Assembly (NCBI GenBank): GCA_037137655.1
Contig: JBAXJX010000001.1
Span: 33,188-97,187, forward strand
Direction of reading: 5' to 3'
DNA length: 64,000 bases
Source of the DNA: Candidatus Falkowbacteria bacterium
GTDB taxonomy: Bacteria; Patescibacteriota; Patescibacteriia; Patescibacteriales; UBA12465
The notes below the pieces were generated by a model. That model saw only the letters and a list, made by a program, of their open reading frames with translations, made no database searches and was not told the DNA's origin. The translations under genes were made by a program, and so were the position numbers. Shown here in pieces: positions 21,766 to 27,898 of this stretch (positions within the stretch are counted from its first letter, which is position 1; each line of letters opens with the position of its first letter).

Positions 21766-22038
21766 ATGTTTTACCTGAAAGGTATTATTAAGGACGAAAA
21801 AACTGAAAACTTCGTCCGCAAAGACGGCACCGAGGGACAAAAGAGGATTTTGTTCGTGGAGCCGGAGGGTAGTATTTACCCGATTAGCGTAGACGTGCCC
21901 ATTGGCAAAGCCTACGGCAAAAAAGGAGATAAGGTTGAGGTTAAAGTGAACGTCGCCTCATATTATTTCCAAGACAAACAAAGACGTCGTGGTTTCCTTT
22001 CGGTCTATGTTCCGAAAGAAGAAACCGAAAGCAAATAA
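21766..22038 (+). CDS. Candidate ssDNA-binding protein (gpV-like by size and position)
   Basis: 90 aa, rich in predicted beta-strand, with a basic patch (KQRRRGF). It lies directly upstream of the small coat-protein ORFs, as gene V does in Ff phages. No sequence identity is claimed. Confidence 0.4.
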   Translation: MFYLKGIIKDEKTENFVRKDGTEGQKRILFVEPEGSIYPISVDVPIGKAYGKKGDKVEVKVNVASYYFQDKQRRRGFLSVYVPKEETESK

Positions 22039-22055
22039 TCTAAAAGTTAAATTCT

Positions 22056-22220
22056 ATGGATATTATCACATCGACCACCACCGCCACAACGACAATTTAT
22101 CGGCTAACCGATACCGGAATGGATATGATTAATTTCTTTATCCAATTCCAAACTTTAGCGGTCGCACTTTCGGCGGGTCTGATTGTATTCATTGCGGTGA
22201 TTTTAATTTTTAAAAACTAA
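22056..22220 (+). CDS. Small membrane protein (minor coat pVII/pIX-like), 54 aa
   Basis: Hand-translated; it falls below the ORF-track cutoff. MDIITSTTTATTTIYRLTDTGMDMINFFIQFQTLAVALSAGLIVFIAVILIFKN has one C-terminal TM helix. Its stop overlaps the next start (TAATG). Confidence 0.5.
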   Translation: MDIITSTTTATTTIYRLTDTGMDMINFFIQFQTLAVALSAGLIVFIAVILIFKN

Positions 22221-22336
22221 TGAATATGGCGAATGTAATTATCAACTTGTTTGGCGGTATAGGCTTGGCATTAATTTTGCCTCTTGCCGTTCTGACTTTA
22301 GTTTCAATTATATTCAAAATATTTAGGGCAAAATAA
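22220..22336 (+). CDS. Small membrane protein (minor coat-like), 38 aa
   Basis: Hand-translated: MNMANVIINLFGGIGLALILPLAVLTLVSIIFKIFRAK. A single TM helix with a basic tail, translationally coupled to the previous ORF. Confidence 0.5.
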   Translation: MNMANVIINLFGGIGLALILPLAVLTLVSIIFKIFRAK

Positions 22337-22343
22337 CAAAGAT

Positions 22344-22490
22344 ATGTGTTCACAAAATATCATTAACAACCTGTCGTGCTATCTGGATAATTTCGGTCTG
22401 ATACTTAGGCCGATAACGGACGGCTTGACCATGGGGATTATTTTGGGAACGGTGGTCGGCTTATTCTTGTTATTCATTAGAAAAAATTAA
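22344..22490 (+). CDS. Small membrane protein, 48 aa
   Basis: Hand-translated: MCSQNIINNLSCYLDNFGLILRPITDGLTMGIILGTVVGLFLLFIRKN. C-terminal TM helix plus a basic end. Confidence 0.45.
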   Translation: MCSQNIINNLSCYLDNFGLILRPITDGLTMGIILGTVVGLFLLFIRKN

Positions 22491-22510
22491 AAAGTTAAAA
22501 GCACACACGT

Positions 22511-22789
22511 ATGTTTAACAAAATCAAGAGTTTCGCAAAAGCTAATGCCACCAAAATTTCCGCCATGTCTTTGGCGGTTGTCGGTAGCATGGTTGCCTTT
22601 GGCAATAAAGCTTTCGCCGCTGTCGATGCGGATGTAGCTTCAACTTCCCAAACCGTGGTTACCACGTTGAAAGAAAACGTCACCGGCATTATCACCGCCA
22701 ATATCGCTAATATTGTGATTGTTGGTGTGATCGTTTTCGGTGTCATGTTCGTTTGGAAGTTAAGCAAGAAAATCATGTCCGGTCGCTAG
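22511..22789 (+). CDS. Inovirus major coat protein (pVIII-like)
   Basis: Signal peptide ending ..GNKAFA|AVDADVAS. The mature protein of about 57 aa has the classic layout: an acidic N-terminus (D, D, E), a hydrophobic core (ITANIANIVIVGVIVFGVMFVW) and a basic C-terminus (KLSKKIMSGR). Confidence 0.8.
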   Translation: MFNKIKSFAKANATKISAMSLAVVGSMVAFGNKAFAAVDADVASTSQTVVTTLKENVTGIITANIANIVIVGVIVFGVMFVWKLSKKIMSGR

Positions 22790-22795
22790 TCTAGG

Positions 22796-22834
22796 GAGCG
22801 AGGGGTTGGCTCAAAAGGCTGACCCCTTTCGCTC
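22796..22834 (+). terminator. Strong hairpin immediately after the major coat gene
   Basis: GAGCGAGGGGT (22796-22806) pairs with ACCCCTTTCGCTC (22822-34), with a TT bulge. There is no clear T-run. Its position parallels the terminator after gene VIII in Ff phages. Confidence 0.45.
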
Positions 22835-22862
22835 TAACTTAAATAAAATTATCACTACACAT

Positions 22863-23054
22863 ATGACGTTAAATCTCAAAATGAGCGAAACCACTTACTT
22901 AATAAATTTTTTAAGTGAACGCAAAAAACATTTGGATGAAATGAAATTTATCGACGGATTAGGAGCTTATGAAATTAGAGAATTGAAAATGATAAACGAA
23001 GTTATCGAGAAACTTAAAAAAATGGGCTACTACATTATCATTTTTAAAGAATGA
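22863..23054 (+). CDS. Prophage hypothetical protein (63 aa)
   Basis: The tracked ORF 22806..23054 begins inside the hairpin, so ATG 22863 (MTLNLKMSETTY..) is the more likely start. Its stop overlaps the next start (ATGA). Confidence 0.45.
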   Translation: MTLNLKMSETTYLINFLSERKKHLDEMKFIDGLGAYEIRELKMINEVIEKLKKMGYYIIIFKE

Positions 23055-24838
23055 AAATTATGAAAAACTTTCGGATAAAAAACTTAATATTTCCGGTTAT
23101 CGCTTTGGCCATAATGTTTTTGGGCAAAACAGCCATGGCTTCGACAATCGATTTTAACGGTTTTCGCATTTCCGACGAACAGCATTACAGCGAGGGCGTA
23201 ACCAGTTTTACCGTTTCCATAACCGTGCCGACTGACTTTACCGCCAACTCCGCTTTGGTCTGTGCTTATTCTACTGCTTGGGAAAATTCCAATTATAATT
23301 ATCTCCGCTACGACGGGAATAATATGACGGAAATTTCCAGCGTTCAAAACGGTTCGCAAGTCGGTAAGGTTCGTTTGTTTTATCTTTATAATCCACGACG
23401 AGGCACTTATCTTCTGACCGGTTCGCAACCGCAAAACTGGTATCATGTCCAATGTCGCACGATAGAAAATGTTAACACGCATGTTGTTCCAACGGTCATC
23501 ACTCAAGGTCGCACTTCAAGTGCCGGCAGTCCGTGGTATCACTATTATTCCAGTTCACAGTTCATGCTTAGCTCGCTTTTAATCAGCAACTACGCTTCGC
23601 AGAATACATCGTCCCATTCTCCCGCCTCGCATTTTCTTTACGCCAATCCACGCATGGGCTATGCGGAAATATCAATGCAAGCGGTCAACGCCAATAATCC
23701 ATATTCATATAAATATACTTTCTCCGGAACAAATTACGGTCTAACCAGTCAAATCGTGGAGTTTAAGAAAAAGCCGGATGTTGAAATTACCAATTATACC
23801 CAAGGGCAAACGGTTAACAATCTGCTCGACACCACTTTAACGATAGAGGGTTCCTGTAAAACTAATGGAACAAGTCAATTAACGCTCCAAAATTCATACG
23901 TTCTACCGCAATCTCAACCGACTTGCGATTGTGTTAATAATACTTTTTCTTGTCCTTATAATTTCGGCGGTTATGACAATGTCAGCGTTTGCGTTATCGA
24001 CAAAAACGACACCACGGCTTATGACTGTAAAAATTTGGTTTTGATTAAAGCTCAAATGCAAACCAATTACGGCACTAATCCATATTTCACCGCCATGCCT
24101 TGGTCTTGCGATTTACTCGGTTGTCGTTTTCCTTTGGCCTCAAACGCTTCGTGGAGCTTTGAATATAGTTATGATCAAGACATAACGCCTTATTCACAAT
24201 ACAACGCTCCATTTATTGTCAGGCCGATGAATGTTCCGCTCACCTCCACCTCGACAAAATTATATGTGGCGGAAATAACCAATCCTTATGTTGTCTGTAA
24301 TAATTGCACTTCTTCTTATCAAGTTCTTCAAACGCTTTCGAACACCACGTTAAATAATTTAACGGCCACCAGTTCCGGCTTTATGTTCGGGGGTTTCGAT
24401 ATTTCCACCTCAACTAAATATTTCTTAGTGTCCTTAAAATCAGCAACCAGTTCAACTATATACGAAAAGCAATATATCACGCTTTCATATTCCGCCGCCG
24501 AAAGGCCAAGCGGACAACCGGATTTCATTTGGTTTCAAAACACTAAAGACAAATTAAAAGGTAAATTGATATTCGCTCAAGTGTTCGCTTTTTACGACGC
24601 TCTCTCGGCTTTTCTCAATGCCAGTGGCACCACCGGCAACCCGCTTGTTTTCACCATGAAAAGTATGTCAGCTAATAATCAATTTAATCTCGATATTCCG
24701 ATATTTGATTTTAGTAATTCCGTCGTCGTTAATTTCGCTCAAAGAATGAGGTTTCTGTTTATCGCCGGCATTTGGATTTCTTTCGGATTCTATTTGTGGA
24801 ATATGTTCACTAAGCGATTATTTAGAGAAGACGGTTAA
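23051..24838 (+). CDS. Candidate adsorption/minor coat protein (pIII-like)
   Basis: 595 aa. Signal peptide (..FLGKTAMA|ST), Cys-rich central part, C-terminal membrane anchor FLFIAGIWISFGFYLWNMF followed by basic residues. It is the largest ORF and sits directly after the major coat gene, as gene III does. Confidence 0.5.
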   Translation: MKIMKNFRIKNLIFPVIALAIMFLGKTAMASTIDFNGFRISDEQHYSEGVTSFTVSITVPTDFTANSALVCAYSTAWENSNYNYLRYDGNNMTEISSVQNGSQVGKVRLFYLYNPRRGTYLLTGSQPQNWYHVQCRTIENVNTHVVPTVITQGRTSSAGSPWYHYYSSSQFMLSSLLISNYASQNTSSHSPASHFLYANPRMGYAEISMQAVNANNPYSYKYTFSGTNYGLTSQIVEFKKKPDVEITNYTQGQTVNNLLDTTLTIEGSCKTNGTSQLTLQNSYVLPQSQPTCDCVNNTFSCPYNFGGYDNVSVCVIDKNDTTAYDCKNLVLIKAQMQTNYGTNPYFTAMPWSCDLLGCRFPLASNASWSFEYSYDQDITPYSQYNAPFIVRPMNVPLTSTSTKLYVAEITNPYVVCNNCTSSYQVLQTLSNTTLNNLTATSSGFMFGGFDISTSTKYFLVSLKSATSSTIYEKQYITLSYSAAERPSGQPDFIWFQNTKDKLKGKLIFAQVFAFYDALSAFLNASGTTGNPLVFTMKSMSANNQFNLDIPIFDFSNSVVVNFAQRMRFLFIAGIWISFGFYLWNMFTKRLFREDG

Positions 24839-24849
24839 TCGTTAAAATT

Positions 24850-25263
24850 ATGAAAAACAAAAATCACAACAGAATAATTATTGTGGCGGTCGTGGCCATT
24901 TTAGTCGTTAGCTTATTCAGCGTTCAACCCGCCAAAGCAGGGTTCTTTACGGACACATTGGACGGCATTAAGGCTTTGTTTGATATGTTCAATCCGGCCA
25001 ACCTCGTTCATTACATAGCCAACCTATTCGACACAATAGCCACATTTTTTGTGGGCTTCTTACCTAATAATCAATATTCAACCTATTCGGCAGAATTTAC
25101 CACCTCAATTAATACCGTCGTTCCTTATGTGGTCAGTTTCGACAAGATATTTCCGGTCTTCACTTTCTTCGGCGTGCTATCAATGGTCATATTTATAGAA
25201 ATGATTTATTTCTCTTTTAGATTCGTCAATTACATTGCCGGATATATCAGAGGCGGAAAATAA
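24850..25263 (+). CDS. Membrane protein (pVI-like by position)
   Basis: 137 aa with an N-terminal TM helix and two C-terminal TM helices, located between the pIII-like and Zot-like genes. Confidence 0.4.
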   Translation: MKNKNHNRIIIVAVVAILVVSLFSVQPAKAGFFTDTLDGIKALFDMFNPANLVHYIANLFDTIATFFVGFLPNNQYSTYSAEFTTSINTVVPYVVSFDKIFPVFTFFGVLSMVIFIEMIYFSFRFVNYIAGYIRGGK

Positions 25264-25264
25264 T

Positions 25265-25903
25265 ATGATTAACATTATCACCGGAAAACCCGGCACAGGC
25301 AAAACTTATTATCTCGCTAAACTGGCTCGCAAATTTATTTTAAGCGGATTGGATATTTATTCCAACTTCTTCATTGATAGAAAAAAGATAATTTCCGATT
25401 ACGAAAAATCTTTCAAGTTTAAACTGGCGACATTGTTCCATAAATATTTTTTGGAAGAAAAATATAAACCAGATTACGGACAGCTTATATTTTGGGAAAA
25501 ACTGGACGAGTTTATCGACATCCGAGGAGGCGAGGTTTTAATCGACGAGTGCCAGATATATTTTAATTCCCGCAAATGGAAAGATTTGCCGGAGCGACTG
25601 CAATACAAATTTCAGCAACACCGTAAACATATTAAGCGGGACAGCCAAGGCAAGGTTGTCGGTTTAAATATTTGGGGTGCCGTTCAAAACGTCAAACGTA
25701 TAGATACCGTCGTTAGAGAGCTAGTTAATAATGTTTTTATTATCAAGAAAATATTTAAGTTGTTTATTATCCGCCAATACGACATCGAGGAAATTGATAA
25801 GGAAAGAAAGTATTGCTATTCCACAAATTTTTTTACTTTTAGCCAAAAGGTGGCTTCATCATACGACACTTTTCAAGAGATAGCCGGATTCAGCCGGCAT
25901 TAA
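25265..25903 (+). CDS. Zot/pI-family phage assembly ATPase (N-terminal P-loop domain only)
   Basis: Start taken at ATG 25265 (MINIITGKPGTGKTYY..). Walker A GKPGTGKT, Walker B VLIDECQ, then FQQHRKH..WGAVQNVKRIDTVVRELV, matching the Zot-family HRH..Q..id..vR pattern. 212 aa with no C-terminal TM segment. Confidence 0.75.
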   Translation: MINIITGKPGTGKTYYLAKLARKFILSGLDIYSNFFIDRKKIISDYEKSFKFKLATLFHKYFLEEKYKPDYGQLIFWEKLDEFIDIRGGEVLIDECQIYFNSRKWKDLPERLQYKFQQHRKHIKRDSQGKVVGLNIWGAVQNVKRIDTVVRELVNNVFIIKKIFKLFIIRQYDIEEIDKERKYCYSTNFFTFSQKVASSYDTFQEIAGFSRH

Positions 25904-25954
25904 ATTGCTATACAAAAAAAGGAGCCAACCCGTTAGGATCAGCTCCTTGATTTG

Positions 25955-26251
25955 TTAAGCCGTTTTTTGTTCGACTTGTAGCTCGTAAAAGAGATTAATG
26001 CTTCTGGGCGTTTTCTCTATCACTTTGCCGGTTTCTTTGTCTTTCTTCTCGACGATAACGAAAGACTTAATGGCTTTCTCGCCCTTTTTGACGATATAAC
26101 CGTTCTTGAGCCAGCCTTTAAACGTCAGGCAGTTCTCTTTCGGATTATACTTTTCTGCCTCGGTTTCGCCCCAACGTTGAGCAATCTGCTTTTTGACGAG
26201 ATTCAAAGTGCTTTCCGAACCCGTCCAGTTTGATTTGACCGTAATTGTCAT
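25955..26251 (-). CDS. Small protein with an ArdC-N-like (DUF1738-type) ssDNA-binding motif; the only minus-strand gene of the prophage
   Basis: ..LTFKGWLKNGYIVKKGEKAIKSFVIV..INLFYELQVE resembles the TFxQW..G..VxKGEK...VFN..Q motif of ArdC N-terminal domains (from memory). It is transcribed divergently from the rep side, the position of regulators such as rstR in CTXphi. Confidence 0.4.
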   Translation of the reverse strand: MTITVKSNWTGSESTLNLVKKQIAQRWGETEAEKYNPKENCLTFKGWLKNGYIVKKGEKAIKSFVIVEKKDKETGKVIEKTPRSINLFYELQVEQKTA

Positions 26252-26458
26252 ATTTTTAATGTTGACGACTGATTAATAAATAGCCCTGATAACGTCGTCT
26301 TAAATTATCTATCGGCCACGAGGTGCCAAAGCGACTGATAGCTTGCGACTGTCATAGGTGGAGGCTGTAAGCACTACCTTGATAGGCGAAAAGCCGTCGC
26401 TAAAATGAGAGGCCACAGATAGACAATTTGCGTTCGTTTGTAATTTGGTTTTATTTTG

Positions 26459-26536
26459 ACCGGCCAATAGATTTGTTTTTTTATTTTTCGGCGAGTTTTG
26501 CCCACTCGCCGAAAAATAAAAACAAGCTTGGCCGGT
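26459..26536 (+). promoter_or_regulatory. Extended 78-nt hairpin in the main prophage intergenic region (candidate ori or packaging signal)
   Basis: The outer stem ACCGGCCAA (26459-67) pairs with TTGGCCGGT (26528-36). The inner stem of about 22 bp pairs TTGTTTTT(TT)ATTTTTCGGCGAGT with ACTCGCCGAAAAATAAAAACAA around the loop TTTGCCC. A third GGCCGGT copy lies at 26559-65. Confidence 0.5.
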
Positions 26537-26629
26537 AAATGAGATTTTAGACGAGATAGGCCGGTATGTAATTATTTAACTTGACCATACGCACACACCG
26601 GGAGATTTTTAGAAAATATCAATAAATAT

Positions 26630-26872
26630 ATGATTTACAAAGATATCAAAAAAGAATTCGATTATATCCTTTGGCTAAGAGAAAGAATCAAAAAATTAAG
26701 ATTCGGTATTAGCCATAGAGTAAAAGTTGACAGTTCGACTGATTTCGAAATGTTAACCAGAAAATTAAAAGATTATGAGCAAGAATATGAGTTGTTGGTT
26801 TACGACTTATATCTGCTCCTAAAAGATTATGGCTTATCAGGAAAAATTAATAATTACCCATACTCGAGTTGA
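26630..26872 (+). CDS. Prophage hypothetical protein (80 aa)
   Basis: ORF overlapping the rep start by 44 nt. No family recognised. Confidence 0.4.
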   Translation: MIYKDIKKEFDYILWLRERIKKLRFGISHRVKVDSSTDFEMLTRKLKDYEQEYELLVYDLYLLLKDYGLSGKINNYPYSS

Positions 26873-27560
26873 GCTTTTTAAATATGAGAGCTTGGTTAAA
26901 AGTGGAGTAAAACGAAAAAAGAAAAGAATCGTCAAACGTCGCACTAAAGAACAAGTTATCCAACAAATTGAAAGCAACAAAATCAGCCAATTCGATATGG
27001 AAATTATGCGTCATTTTTCGCTTAAGCGAACTAAAGACCGGATAATGCGATTGATTAACAACAATGAGGACATGCAGACTTTTATCACACTAACTTTTAA
27101 AGAAAATATTACCGATTTATTCGAGGCCAACGAAATATTTAAAAAATTTATCAAAAGACTAAAATGGAAATTTCCAAAATTAAAATATCTGGCCGTTCCG
27201 GAATTTCAAAAGCGAGGAGCGGTTCATTATCATCTATTGATTAACATTGATTACGTAGAGAATGCTAAATTGGCCGAAATTTGGGGACAAGGCTTTGTCA
27301 TGATCAACAAAGTTCGGCACATAAACAATTTAGGGTTATACGTTTCAAAATACATCTGCAAAGATTTATTCGATATTCGATATTTCGGAATGAGAAAAAT
27401 TCTTTGTTCAAAAAACTTGGAGCAACCAATAATTTTAACCGGCTTTAAAAATATAATTAACTTTTTTAATCCGACTAAATTAAAATTATTGTTCGAAAGC
27501 AGTTATCGGTCTGATTGGTTGGGAAAAGTAAATTATTCATTATTTTCATTAACCGGCTAA
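26829..27560 (+). CDS. Rolling-circle replication initiator (HUH endonuclease, phage/plasmid Rep)
   Basis: Motif 1 FITLTF, motif 2 GAVHYHLLIN (HUH), motif 3 GLYVSKYICK (catalytic Tyr). 243 aa. Confidence 0.8.
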   Translation: MAYQEKLIITHTRVELFKYESLVKSGVKRKKKRIVKRRTKEQVIQQIESNKISQFDMEIMRHFSLKRTKDRIMRLINNNEDMQTFITLTFKENITDLFEANEIFKKFIKRLKWKFPKLKYLAVPEFQKRGAVHYHLLINIDYVENAKLAEIWGQGFVMINKVRHINNLGLYVSKYICKDLFDIRYFGMRKILCSKNLEQPIILTGFKNIINFFNPTKLKLLFESSYRSDWLGKVNYSLFSLTG

Positions 27561-27562
27561 AT

Positions 27563-27736
27563 ATGGTTAACAAGGCATTATTAAAAGAATTTCAAATAAT
27601 ACTCAAAGAGGAATTTAGCCTTGAATTAACGCCGGCTCAAACCTCTAAATTAGGCAATGGGATTGTCGGTTATTTCGATGTCTTAAATAGAGTCAATAAA
27701 GCCATAAAATCCGAAAGACTTGAAAAAATTAAATAG
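27563..27736 (+). CDS. Prophage hypothetical protein (57 aa)
   Basis: ATG 27563 lies 2 nt after the rep stop (MVNKALLKEFQ..). The tracked ORF 27515.. starts inside rep. Confidence 0.4.
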   Translation: MVNKALLKEFQIILKEEFSLELTPAQTSKLGNGIVGYFDVLNRVNKAIKSERLEKIK

Positions 27737-27752
27737 TTTGATACAATACTAT

Positions 27753-27862
27753 TGCACACCAATCAAATATTAAGCACCCAAGGCTTTTTTTATACTTGTC
27801 CCCTAAAAGGGGGCGGTTTCTGACTGACAAGTATTGCCTTTGGTGATATTGGTTGGTGTGCA
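27753..27862 (+). promoter_or_regulatory. Nested imperfect inverted repeat (about 110 nt) upstream of the recombinase gene
   Basis: Outer arms TGCACACCAATCAAATATTAAGCACCCAAGGC (27753-84) and GCCTTTGGTGATATTGGTTGGTGTGCA (27836-62). Inner arms ATACTTGTC (27792-800) and GACAAGTAT (27826-34). Central mini-hairpin CCCCTAAAAGGGG. Confidence 0.5.
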
Positions 27863-27898
27863 CAGAGCCGCTCCCTTTTAGTTACTAAAAAAACGTCT

